64,000 nt of DNA from Gordius albopunctatus (taxonomy: Eukaryota). This document shows, in pieces, positions 9,305-22,400 of this stretch; position 1 is the first letter of the stretch, and every line of letters begins with the position of its first letter. Made by a program: the position numbers and the translations under genes. The notes beneath the pieces are model-generated. The model did not search any database. It was not told where the DNA came from and saw nothing but the letters and a program-made list of their open reading frames with translations. The stretch spans positions 16,554,001-16,618,000 of the forward strand of contig OZ193909.1 of assembly GCA_964276515.1 (NCBI GenBank). Reading direction: 5' to 3'.

Positions 9305-12300
9305 GCCTGCCAGAATCCGCCACACCCGGTTCAGGCCATAACATCAATCGCTTATTTTTTATTTTTGATAAATTAACGAAATTTTGTTTTTTAATAGACA
9401 CTGGCGCGGAAATAAGTGTCATACCACCCCCACGTAACCACCATCTCACCCCCTCACACATCCGCTTCCAAGCTGCAAACAATAGTTCCATACTGACCTA
9501 TGGCCAGAAATCAATGGAACTGGACCTTAGCTTACGGAGAAGTTTTCATGGGTGTTTACCATCGCCGACGTTAAGACACCGATCATCGGGGCTGATTTTT
9601 TAAATCATTATAACCTCCTCGTTGATATACGCCGCAAATGTTTATTAGACCCTAAGACTACTTTAAAGTCTTATGGGCGATATATTGATTCGAGCTTGTA
9701 CAATTTACAACTCGCAATAAAGATCGATTCACCGTATTTTAAAAATGTTTTAAAAGATTTCCCCGAGATTTATACCCTTCCAAATTAAAGGTCACGCGTA
9801 AGCCACCAAGTAGTCTACCACATACGTACACTATGACCCCCCGTTTATGCCAGACTTAGACGCTTAGACCCTGTCAAGCTAAAAATTGCCAAACAGGAGT
9901 TTACTCATATGCTCGAACTCGGCATAATTCAACCCTCAGAAAGCTTCTGGAGTTCTCCATTGCACATGGTTCCGAAAAAAACTCCTGGAGATTGGCGACC
10001 ATGTGGAGATTACCGAGCCCTTAACGTTATAACGATACCGGACCGTTACCCCTTGCCACACCTGCACGATTTCTCACTTAACCTAGCCGGCACAACCATC
10101 TATACAAAAATACATCTAGTCAGAGCTTACCATCAAATACCCGTAGCCTTGGAGGACATCGCAAAGACTGCAATAACCACACCTTTCGGTCTTTATGAAT
10201 TTTTTCGAATGCCTTTCGGTTCGCGAAATGCTGCTCAAACATTCCAACGCTTCATTGATCAAGCTCTCCGTGGTCTCAATTTCGCCTTCGCATATTTGGA
10301 CGACATTTTGATCGCAAATACATCAACTAGTGAACATTTAGACCACTTACGTCAAGTTTTTACTCGATTAAGAGATTTTGATATAAAGATCAACCTGGAC
10401 AAGTGCCAATGGGGACGTTCCTCTCTAGATTTCCTAGGACATCAAGTTTCCTCACAAGGTTTAACGCCAATATCGGAAAAGATCTCAGCCATCAAGAATT
10501 TCGCCACCCCGACCACTATGACACAACTACGTCGTTTCGTGGGAATGGTAAATTTTTACAGGTGTTTTATACCCAACTGTGCACGACATCTACAACCACT
10601 GACGGATCTCCTCAACGACGCAAAAGGACCTTTGGACATGACGCAGAGCGCACACGACGCATTCCACAAGATTAAAATAATGCTCGATAAAATTTCGACC
10701 CTTAATCATTTAGTTCATGGTGGCAACATCTCTAATACAACCGACGCGTCAAACTCTGCCATTGGAGCCGTACTACATCAGACCGTAAAAGGGGAAATCA
10801 GTCCTTTATTCTTTTTCTCCCTGAAATTGAGCAAAACACAAACTCGATACAGTACATTCGGGAGAGAACTGCTAGCAATTTATCTTTCAATTAAACAGTA
10901 CCGACATATTTTAGAAGGTCACGATTTTACAGTTTTTACTGATCACAAACCGTTAACTTACACTCTCAATTCTAAACCCGATAAATACTCGCCGCGCGAA
11001 ATACGACAATTAGACTATATCTCCCAATTTACTTCAAATATACAGTTTATTAAAGGTAAAGCGAATATAGTAGCAGACACTTTGTCCCGAATCGATATCG
11101 ATTCCATACAACAACCAAACTCCACCCAACAGCCGAACACATCCCTCACAGAAATAATTGCTATGACACAAAAACAAGAGCAATATTAACTAGAAGAGCT
11201 CGAAAGTCTTAAACTGGAACAACGCGTAATTCCAGGTACAAATTTAACTATTACGTGCGATACATCTGCATCGACTTCGAGACCTTTAGTACCTAGGACG
11301 CTCCGACGCATAGTTTTTAATCAACTACAAGGTCTTTCTCACCCAGCCTTATGCCCAACACTTAGACTAATTGCCCAACGTTTCGTCTGGCCGGGAATGA
11401 ACAAAGATGTACGCGATTGGACAAAGCAATGCATTGCGTGTCGAAAATTCAAAGTAAATAGACACGTAATATCAACCCCAGGCACGTTCGCTGAACCAGA
11501 CGCAAGGTTTAGCCACGTACATGTAGATCTCGTCGGACCCTTACCACCTTCTAACGGCCACATTTATATTTTTACTGCCGTTGATCGTTTCACCCGATGG
11601 CCGATTGCAATTCCCATTATTGACGCAACAGCCGAAACCGTTACACGCACATTTTTGACATACTGGATAGCCAACTTTGGTGTTCCGGCGACATTAACCA
11701 CGGACCGGGGACCGCAATTTCAATCTGCCCTTTTTAAACAATTATCTATTTTATTAGGGTATCATCATATCACTACGACAGCTTACCATCCACAAGCCAA
11801 TGGGATGGTAGAGCGATTTCACCGATAGCTCAATCATGACAAAAGGTGACGTTACCCGTTGGTCCGAACTTATTCCCCTTGTACTCCTAGGGATTCGCAA
11901 CACCATCAAGGAAGACCTTGCCTATTCAAGCGCGGAGTTGGTATAGGGTACTTCTTTACGACTCCCAGGAGATTTTTTACAACCGTCGGATCGCGACATA
12001 AACGACGCCGATTACATCCAACGCCTTAGACAGCAGTTTGATGATGTACGATTCACACCTTCCAGACCATTGAACATCAAACAACAATTGTCCGAAAATT
12101 TATTTACATCAACTCATGTTTTTATAAGGACTGATCGGCTACGCAAAGCCTTGGTTCCCCCCTATGAAGGACCTTTCAAAGTGATTGAAAAACATACTAA
12201 ATTTTTTATCATAGACCACAAGGGCAGGAAAGACACTGTCTCAATCGATCGATTAAAGCCAGCTTTCCTCGAGCCTAAGGTTGATAACCCGAATTCATCA

Positions 12301-12351
12301 GTTGACTCAAATGCACCCAAACCAAACAATCACTCAACGGCTATACAATAA
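9256..12351 (+). pseudogene. pol: Disrupted pol of element B (PR-RT-RH-IN)
   Basis: FLIDTGAEISV, YLDDILI, TDAS, ELLAIY, TDHKPL, HVDLVGPLP, TDRGPQF, NGMVERFHR and PYEGPFKV are spread over several ORFs broken by frameshifts and stops (~9550, 9788, 11189, 11828). Confidence 0.92.
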
Positions 12352-12737
12352 AGTAATTATTACTTTATCCTACTAATACTTACTTCTCGAAAAGCGCATT
12401 GAAAAAATTGATACCCGTAAGCCTTCGTATTCAATTTTCGGTCTGCTTATGGTTGAGTTGGCGTTAACCCAATTGACAGTATACACATCCAAGAATTTAT
12501 TGATAATTTGATAATCGACAAGAAGTAACTTTAATAATAGAATCAAAGTAGCGATTCGATAGGTTATAAGGAAATATGGTAATACAATTGACGGGGAAAG
12601 GTTTTGGGAGTTATCCGAGGCCAGAATAATAATAATAATAGTGTGTCCTCTAACTGGAAACATGGCCTTTTTATAATACCAGGATTTCCTGATCCCAGCC
12701 TGTTGCTTATTAGGAGAAAATGTTATTAAATTAACCC

Positions 12738-12880
12738 CCGGCCTTATTTTTAGCTTATCTACTTTTTTATCTTTTTGAACTACCACTTTTCCGGCCTCAT
12801 TTTTAAGCTTATCTACTGTACTAGAACTTTTTCCGGTCTGATTTTAAGCTTATCTGCTCTTACATCTTTTTGAAGTGCTT
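12738..12880. repeat. Three imperfect tandem copies of a ~45-50 bp unit
   Basis: CCGG(C/T)C..ATTTT.AGCTTATCT recurs at ~12739, ~12791 and ~12833. Confidence 0.7.
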
Positions 12881-13451
12881 AATCTTGACCGCTCTCCTCA
12901 CTATAAGGATACAATATTTCATCCCCTGCATATGCATATTCTCCACTTCTACTACACCTGCTCCCTCAAGTCTAGATGATACAACAATAATAATTAGAAT
13001 TAAAATATTTTATGTTTTTTCTAATATAGTAGTCCTATCCTAGCAAGCGATCCTGATAAGTTTTTATACAAAAAAATACTCACTTTCTAATTTCACTAGA
13101 GAACTTATTTAATGTTTTAAGATAAACCGGTGATTATATATTTTGTATTTAACTAGCTCCAAGTAAGTAGAAATAGGACGGCATTCAAAGATACAAATTA
13201 CTTTTTCAAAGTAGCGGGAAAACTATACAAATAACTAATTAGTCTATAAGCCTCGTAAACTTGTCTTTATTTTATATACAATAGATTTGAAAAATGTTGA
13301 ACAAGATTTTTTATTAATTACCGTGATTCTGAATATTATAGCTCATTTTGTTTCATGGCAGTGTAATATCAGTATTAAATTGACGGTATATTGTTAAACC
13401 CATGTGTTTGCAACCTAATTTAAATTTTTATGTTTTCAGTAATTTATATAG

Positions 13452-16400
13452 TGCGGAGAAATTATCGATTTATTGCTATATTTGGAACAATCCTATGCCT
13501 TATATGGATGTTTAAAATACATCAGTACAAAATATTTTTCCTACTTTAATTTAATATAAGCCACTCTATGGATGTTGAAATTGATTATGACAACTGGAAG
13601 TTTCAAACACATTATAAGCCCCAAAATAAGTAAGTTTTGATTTTCTATCATTTCAATACTAATGTCATACTTCTTGGCACTTACAATTATACTACTTTAA
13701 AGGTTTGTACATTTGGATTTAAAAGGAGCTCCACCACTTATTGAATATTATGCCCAGGTAACAGATCAACATTAATTTTTTAGTGACTATGATTTGTATT
13801 GGTTAATAAACAATAATGTATACAGATTTTTCCTCTGATAAAAAAATATGGAGCAACAGGAATTCTTGTTGAATATGAGGATATGTTTCCTTACACTGGG
13901 TCTATTAAAGATATCAGCAGGGATGATTGCTACACAGAATATGAGATTGAAGCATTATTGTCATTAGCCAAGGCAAATGGACTTTTCATAATCCCCCTGA
14001 TTCAGACTTTTGGACATGTTGAAGTAATACATTTCTCAATTGTTTGATTTTGCAATAATTTTGAAAAACTTTGACTTTTTATTAAGAGGTAACTTTTAAA
14101 TTTGAAGCATTTACATGGATTATATGTCTAAATATGATAAGTTTTAATTATAGAATGTTTTTCTTTGTGTTTTATATCTCTTATTATATTATATTTAATG
14201 CATCAAATGCACCATTTTTGTTTTATTTAACTTATACATAAACTAATATATTAACCTATTTAAGCATAATACATTTTTTTGATTTATAGTTCATCCTAAA
14301 ACAAAAAAAATATGCTCATTTGCGAGAAGTTGATTTATATTCTAATGTGATTTGTCCAAGTAGAGGTGAAACTTTTGATATAATCAAAAGTATGATTGAT
14401 CAGATAATAGAACTGCATCCTGGTATTGAACGTTTACACATTGGAGCTGATGAAGTATTACCAGAATTTCAAATTAAATTATGCATGTTTATTATTTCCT
14501 GATAAATTTAAATAATGGCTAGCTGGATTGAATATCAAATAGCTCTTTGGTGCACACTGTTTGCATTTATTATGCCTTAAATTTTTCCATAAATATTTGA
14601 ATTATTTGTTTACTCACATTGCATAGCAGAGTTCCAGGTTTTTATTTAAGTTTTAAACAAGCTATCTTGAGGTACACACTCATATAATAATTAAATGTGA
14701 CATTAGTATATCTATTACTTTTTAAATAAATACAATTTTAATATTCACTTACTTTTTATGTATTCTGAAAAATTATTTAATAATTCCAATTAGGGGCATA
14801 ACTAGAAAAGACCCTATAATTTTAAAACATTTGAAAGTTACAATTATAAGCCAAAATTCTACATAGGCAAAGTGACAACCAATAATTTTTTAAAATAAAC
14901 CCAAATTACATGTATAACTCTGAATATTTTACCAGGGGCAAATCTAAACTATAAGTCCTAAAAAGTTCATTCCTTTTGATTATTATGAATTTCAAAATTC
15001 GAGGTGGAAAGGGATTTACAAAATTTATAATACATAAAATTTGTAAATTTAATTTAGGTTTTATAATCTCATTTGTAAGGTGTACCAACTTGGTCAATGT
15101 ACCTTGTGTAGGGAGAGGAAACAAATCTACGCCCTAGAGAATGATCAATTATTTCTTCAGCACATAGCAAAAATTGTGCGTTACATTAAAGCTAGCTACC
15201 CCAATATTATTATCATGCTGTGGGATGACATGCTTAGACACATGGACCCAAAACTTATTCAAGGTGTACATTTATGGAAAGAATAAATAATTGCTTGCCA
15301 ATTTTTTTTGTAACAATGCAAGTATATTAACGAAATTGATAATTCTTCACTTTTTTAAGACAAAAAATTTCTTTAAAGTGTTCTAATTGTAATCTACTCG
15401 TTTTGTTTTAATCATTTGCGAATATTTTTAAATCGTTTTTTCTATTTTAACATAAAGCCTGATATTCTTTATTTAATCTATTTATGGTATATAATTAGAA
15501 ATTAAAAATATTATTTTTCTAACTTTTTGCATCTTTTACTTGCCCTTTTATACATACTACAAAATTTATCTTGAAAAACTAGTTTTTTAGGTTGTAGGAG
15601 TCGATAACCGATATTTGTGTTATATTAGTTATTTAAGTTTCACGCGTAACCGAATCAAAATTTAACTATATGCTATCAATCTGAATAAAAAAAACAATTA
15701 AATAATAGATTTAAATGCATAAATTTAAGAGCTCAAAAGAATGTTTAAAATTGAAATGAAATAATCTTTAAATATTTCAATTGAGAATCGGGTTTGGGTA
15801 ATGATGGGGTGGAACTCGTTGTTTGGCATTACAGGCCACACATATACCAAGCTGTACGACCTGACGTTTGGTCCAAGTATGCCAAAGCTTTTGGCTCGGT
15901 TTGGGGTGCATCCGCCTTTAAAGGTAAATTTGCTTTCCATTTTCCCTTTTTTAAAAAACGTTTTTTTTGTTTTTACAACAAATTGACCAAGAACGAGGAT
16001 ATCTTGATTTAAAAAATTCTTTTTTAACTAAAATTATAAAAATACTAAGTAGTTATTATTTTGTTTGAAAAATTGTGAGCAAAAACTGAGTTACTGCTTT
16101 TTCGAATTGTATCGCTACATATAATGTCTCGACTCTCTTATCGTTAAAGTTAAAATTTCGATGTGGTCTGGTATTATTTTAAATTTGTATATATAACTTG
16201 GGGCTTGTCTCAATATCGGATTCAGATTCAAATTGCGCGAATTTATCTTCGTTTATACCCGATTCAATTTCATGCCTCAAACTAGGCTGTAATTATTCAT
16301 ATTTTGTTTTGTGGTAGTTAAAAACATTTTTTTTTGTTTATCTCAGCTCTTGAGATTAAAGCCAAACTTTGTTACCCAAAAATTTAAAAACATACAAGAT

Positions 16401-19400
16401 TCAAGCGTAGGAAAACGTTTTCATTGCTTCTATGTTTTGCGTCTGAAATGTAAATCTGCTGTGAATTCGATGCCAAGACACGGCTATGTTATAATAACCC
16501 GTCGTACGACGATTTTTCAGCGCAGCAAAATCCGATATTAAGACGAGCGTAAAAACGGCTGATTTTTTTTGATCGACTTTTTGTGTCCACTCTGGTCTGT
16601 TTTTAAAATTTTGACCAATCCTAGGGGTCAACTAGGAAAAACAGACTAACCGTTTTTATATTAGTAATATAACCGCAGTTAGTTTAAATCAAGTTTTTTA
16701 ATCTTAAATATAACTATTATTGCTTTTTTTTATCTTCAAAATTTTAACGTAGAAAAAAAGATCTTTTTAAGAATACTTTGATCCTTATTTTAAATCGGAC
16801 GCAGGTGCAACGGGTGATTCGATGCAATTGACGAACGTTAGTTATCATTTAGATAACAATCATGAATGGCTAAAGGTTTTGGGAGATCAGGATACAACCC
16901 TTAAAGTGCCTGGAGTTATAGTGACCGGGTGGCAGAGGTGGTAGCTTTGTTCTAATAAAATTAAAATTTTAAATTAAAAAAAATAATACATAAAGTTTGT
17001 TTTTTATGCTCATTATTAATTGCTCATTTTTTAAGGCATTTATCATTTCTAAACCATAGAAATATGGATATCATTAATTAATTTTTTACGTAATTCGGTA
17101 ATTTAAACAAATTTGTTTAGGTGGAATTTTCGTTTGTAAAGTTTGAAAAATATGTTTTGATAGATTTGAGCCGCCCGGCCCACGGGTCGGGTCGGGTAAC
17201 TATCGTAAATTTTGACTTTCGGGCGGGCACCATAACAACATTCGGGCTCAATGTTGTTTTTAAAATAATTTATTATATTGTTTTTGTATATAATTTAGTT
17301 TTTATAATAAAAAAAAATCAAGATAAATTTTTTATATCAATATTGGTGCTTAAAATTTTAAAACGCACCATTTTTGTAAATCGGGCCTGGCCTGGCGGGC
17401 ACATAGAAGGATGGGGCGGGCTAAAAAATCGGACGCGGCCGAGTTCGGGCGGAAAAATTTTAACAAATCTGACCTATGATTTGGGCATTGCAGGTTAATC
17501 ATAATTTTTTATATTGCGTATAAGTTTTTCCCATAATTATAAATATGTGATAACATATTCAAACCGTAATTACGAGGGGGGCAAGGCGGGGGAACTCTCA
17601 ACCCCCCCCCCCCCCCCCCCCCCCTAAATGCAGAAGCCAATGTTTCTTGATACCTAAATAAAATATTCCTTCGCCCGCAGTCATTAATGATCTGATTGCT
17701 CTGCGAAGTATATAGAGGAAACTAGGTTTATAGCTATAAATACACACAAAAGCTAATATTAATGGGAAATTTGCTTTCTTATAAAACGGAATTCTTGATA
17801 CGTAACCTCAACAAAATACAATATATATATATGTGTGTGTGTAAACTTTTGCAACATTTGTTTCGTTAGATTTTAAAAACGATTTAATAATCGTGTAAAG
17901 TTTTATGCTTCTATGAGAAAGTCATAATGTTTTTGCACTCAAATAATATATATGAAGGTACAACCATTTTACACCCCTCTGCGAGCTTTTACCAGCGGCA
18001 CTCCCCTCGCTCCTAGCCAATTTAGCATTGTTGGACCGTGGTTTATTCGATCTCGAACTTCACACTCAATTGTCAAAGGATTTAGGCAGCGATCAATCTA
18101 CTTCCTTGATCCCGTTAGACCCCTCCCCCAGGTTTTTATTTGCCTGAAACTATCGCATTTAAATGATTTTCAAAAAAAATATTTTATATCATTAAAGATT
18201 GAAATAGAAGCTTTAGAATTAATGGATACCAACAAGGAGACATTAAAATGCAATGTCGCGAATCGTATTGCTAGATCAAATTACTGATTTGCGTTTTACA
18301 TATCAAATGATTTTTTAATTTTCATAAACTCCTCTTTATGTTTTCGTGGCTTCTGATTTTTTAAATTGAGGATTTAGCTTAATTTCGGACTATATAAGAT
18401 ATGGGTTTAGAAAAATTCGTTTTGAAGTGATTAACAAGGTAGATTATGATATTTCTTATATTCAATCCACAGACTTGATAGACTGCTCATCAACTTAAAT
18501 ATGTGTACCGTTTTTTCGCCATTTTGAAATGTGCACAACTAAGGGAAAGACATATAGATAGATTACAGTAATTTTGGTTAATTAAAGTTTTATTAAATAT
18601 TGAACTATCTAAATATAAAACAGCATTTTTAAATATATATATCATTTAGGAAATTCATAAAAATAAAAAATACTTTGATGATGTGATATTAAAGCAATAT
18701 AATGTCTGCTCTGCATTTCATAAAATAATCATTTATTAACATTTATTTATTAATTAATGAGGAAGGTTAATTCATTTTTTTTGTTTCAACAATGGGGTAC
18801 ACTGCAGAGATATATGGGAGATAGTTAAATTCAAATTAATGGATGTAATGCTACATATTTTACCATGTTAAACATATGACATGATGAGTCTACGTAGTCT
18901 AAGATTCTTTTTATCATAAGTTTTTTGAGAGAAAGTTAGTTTAATGATATATATCTGAACACAATATTAAATACTACAATTATATAATAGTATTAAAAAC
19001 ATTATATGAGTAATACGTGTTCATCTTCATCCCTTAGGAGAGGTCAGGAATCCAAAAAAGATTTGAAACTGAATTTTGCGATTAACATTCCTATTGATTG
19101 TTTTGATAAAAACGCGGGGAAATATTTAGAGAGGGGGGATCGCCTGCCTATTTCTTTGAATAAAGCCAACGCCATTTTCACATAGGGTCCTGAACAGGAG
19201 GAAACTATTGGGATAAAAATACTAGACTCTAAGGGCTTGTCTTAATATCGGATTCAGATTCAAATGACGCTAATTTATCTTTATCAAATATCCGATTCGA
19301 TTTCATGTGTCAAACTCGGTTGTAATTATTAATTGCTATACAATTTATGGGCTCGCTTTTTGTTGTCCGTCCGTTGTCCTCCGTCCTCTAAGTTATTACA

Positions 19401-22400
19401 CCGGCTTTTAACTTTCTGACTTGCAGGTTCTAGTACAATCCCCGGAGAGGACAAAAATTTTTTTTTTAATTAAATTAATATTTTGTTATTGTTAATACCA
19501 TTGATAATATGACTTTTTGACCTTCCGCTGGCTACTTACCAATGAAAAAAATGACCATTGACCAAATAAATCGAATTTTTTCCCCTTTTTGAAATTACCC
19601 TATGTCCTCCCGTAGAAGGGCCTATGCTTCTACTGATATGGGTCCCTGTGCCCCTACAAAAGCCTATGCCCCTACTGATGTGGGTTCGAATCCCGGAGAG
19701 GACAAATTTTTTTTATTAATTAAATAGAAAATTTGTATTAATAAAAACTAATTATTTTGCATTTAATACCCCCCTATAGCCATTCTCGCCCATAAATTGC
19801 ATAGCAAATATGCTACTTTTATACAGAGTATAGATGAGTCGTTCCCCCTTCCCTCCTGCATCTCCCTCCCCACTTCCCTTCCCCCCTCCACCTTCCTGCG
19901 AAGGCCGAAGGCCCGAGTTTGTTAATATTTTGTTTTTTGATAGTTAAAACCGTTTTTTTCTGTTTATTTCAACTCTTGAGATTAATCGCTGGTATATTAT
20001 GCGTCTGAAATGAAAATCTGCTGTGAATTCGAAATTTAGACACGGCTATGTTATAACCCGTACAAAGATTTTCATCCGATATTAAGACAAGCTATAAGAA
20101 GGCCTTGTATTTTTTGTCTTGCGTTCTTCAGGGAGGCCCAAGGAGTTTTAATTAAGATTAGAAGAGGCAAATAAATCAATGCATGTAAAGTCCCATTTTA
20201 AAAAGCCATTTTACCGTGGGATTAGTGAGAAACCGTCAGGACGCATTCGACCTTCAAGGGGAGGAACCGAAGGTTAAAATATAGAAGGATTTTGGGCCTT
20301 TTTAAGGCCTCACTGGATAATGAAATTGATTTTAGAGTGCCCCGAGTGTCTAAATTTATATAGCCAACAATGTTTTATGGGTGGCGTACTTCTTCATCAA
20401 TTGGCACGTTGTAATTTTTACAGAGTTGTTAAGGAGCGCGCACCGGATTTCCGGTGCGACGTGCTGGTGCGCGTACTTTTTTATAACGAAGAGCGAGTGC
20501 GGGTGCGCGCACCTGATTAAGTCGGTGCGGGTGCGCAATTGCGCTCCTGTTTTGCTCACATTAAGAGTTTTACAATTTATTAATTTATTTGAAATTGTAT
20601 TATATCGCATATTTCACAAATTAAATTTCTACTGATTTACTATATATATAACATACATCTATGTTCCTGATGGAGAAGATAACAAGGTGGGAAATTGGTT
20701 ACTATCGATAGACAATAAAAATAATCTAACCGCGATATTTCACATTATTCACGTATTTACTTTATCAATCAACGATTAATCTTTACACTTTTGAACCTAT
20801 CTTTGCTATCGTAAGTTTAATCACATATAATGATCTAATTACAATTAATTTTAATTATTTATTTATATTATTTATTGTATTGGTTGTCATAGTACTCCTT
20901 ATCCAATTTTTTACTCTTTTCTTTTCTCACTGCTTATATATAACACCTTAATATGATAGTGAATTATGGAAATAGAAGAATCAAGCATAAATATAGCAAG
21001 CACATCATGCATGAAAATTTTTCCATTTCCAAAATATGCTAATATGTTTAAACTTAAAGATAATCAGCATAATACACTTAATTTTGAGGTGCAATGTCTT
21101 TTATGCAATGCCAAACTCAAGACTTCCTCTAGATCTTGTTTCAATTTGACTAGTCATCTAAAGGTAATCTTGTTACTTATTTTATAAAAAATTTATAGAG
21201 ATTTCATAGGACCTCTTTAGAAAATATAAAATATGACAATAAGAGAAAGAAAGTCTGTATTAATAAAGAAATTAAAAGGGTTGTGTGATTTAGATATATG
21301 CCAACCATTAGTGAATGCAATTATACAAGGGATCGTAAGAAGTTTTTATATATATAATAAACTTTAAATTATTCCTTGTATTTAAAAAGATTCCCAAATT
21401 TATATGACGATAATGTTATTGCAGCAGCAATTCTCAACCCTTTATTTAAAACAAATTTCAGTTGGTGCTATCAAGATGAAAACAAACCTATATTAAAAAA
21501 AAAATTCGATTAATTGAAAGTCAAATCACGCCAGGCGTGGAGGAAAAAGAAGTTTATGAACGTAAAGACTTTGATGATTTTTTCGAAATAAAATTAAAGA
21601 ACATAAAACAACTTTTCAGATGAACAAATTCTTGAGTGAAGGAAATTGTTGAAATATATCCAAAGTTGGTAGAAGATATCATAATTCAACGGTTTTATCT
21701 CCTTCCAAAATGCGCAAAGATTTAGCTAATGATTCCATAACCTATAAATCGATATGTAAATTTATAAACAGCTATTATGTCTGCTTAAAATGTAAAACTT
21801 ACTAAAGAATACTCACGAATAAATACTCTTTCTTCTTCTTTGAACCTAGATAAGCCTATTTCATCAAACAGATCATACAAATCGTATTTTTTGTTATCAA
21901 GCAATTTATTTAATAAATTCACAGCCTCATAATAACTATTACACCTAGTTTTATTTGGGGTAATTAAATATATTCCAATTTTCTCTTTATATATATCAGC
22001 CAACCGAGTGGACATATTTTGCTTATTCCACAAATTTTGGCATTTGTTAAATGTTGAACGAAATATTTTTTTAAAATTGTTATTCAAAAATGCTTCCTTG
22101 ATATCAACACTGGCTACCAAATTAAGACAATGACAAGCACAGCGCCCATGTTTTGGCAAATGTTCTGATTCTTCTTGAGGACAATTACTTATTATATCTT
22201 CAATATCCGCACTCTCTAAATCTTCATCTTGTTCCTGAACATCAGAATGTATTGTCTCTTCTTCATACACCCTATAACATATGCTTTATTTTTTTAAATA
22301 TACATGAAGGCTTTTACAAAGTTGTATCCATTGTCGATAATGGTTTGAACAACTTTGTTGTGAATTTTGAATTGCTTATGCACATCAATGATGTTCTTAG

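Larger units (their letters stand above)
2298..12392 (+). mobile_element. Decayed Ty3/Gypsy LTR retrotransposon, CsRn1-like (element B), interrupted by element A
   Basis: Putative 5' LTR starts TGTAAG at 2298 (TATA-like TATATAAAAG ~2468, AATAAA ~2537) and resumes at 8401-8420 after the element A insertion. PBS TGGTGACCC at 8422-8430 (tRNA-Trp type). gag and pol remnants span 8495-12351. Segment 12342-12392 repeats the 3' end of the reconstructed LTR. Confidence 0.85.

Noticed and set aside
12373..12786. 137-aa - strand ORF
   Set aside because: Begins in a tandem repeat, has no recognisable domain and no supporting exon structure.
19660..19710. tRNA gene suggested by GGTTCGAATCCC
   Set aside because: Only a T-arm-like motif; I could not fold a D arm, anticodon arm or acceptor stem, and it lies within a repeat element.
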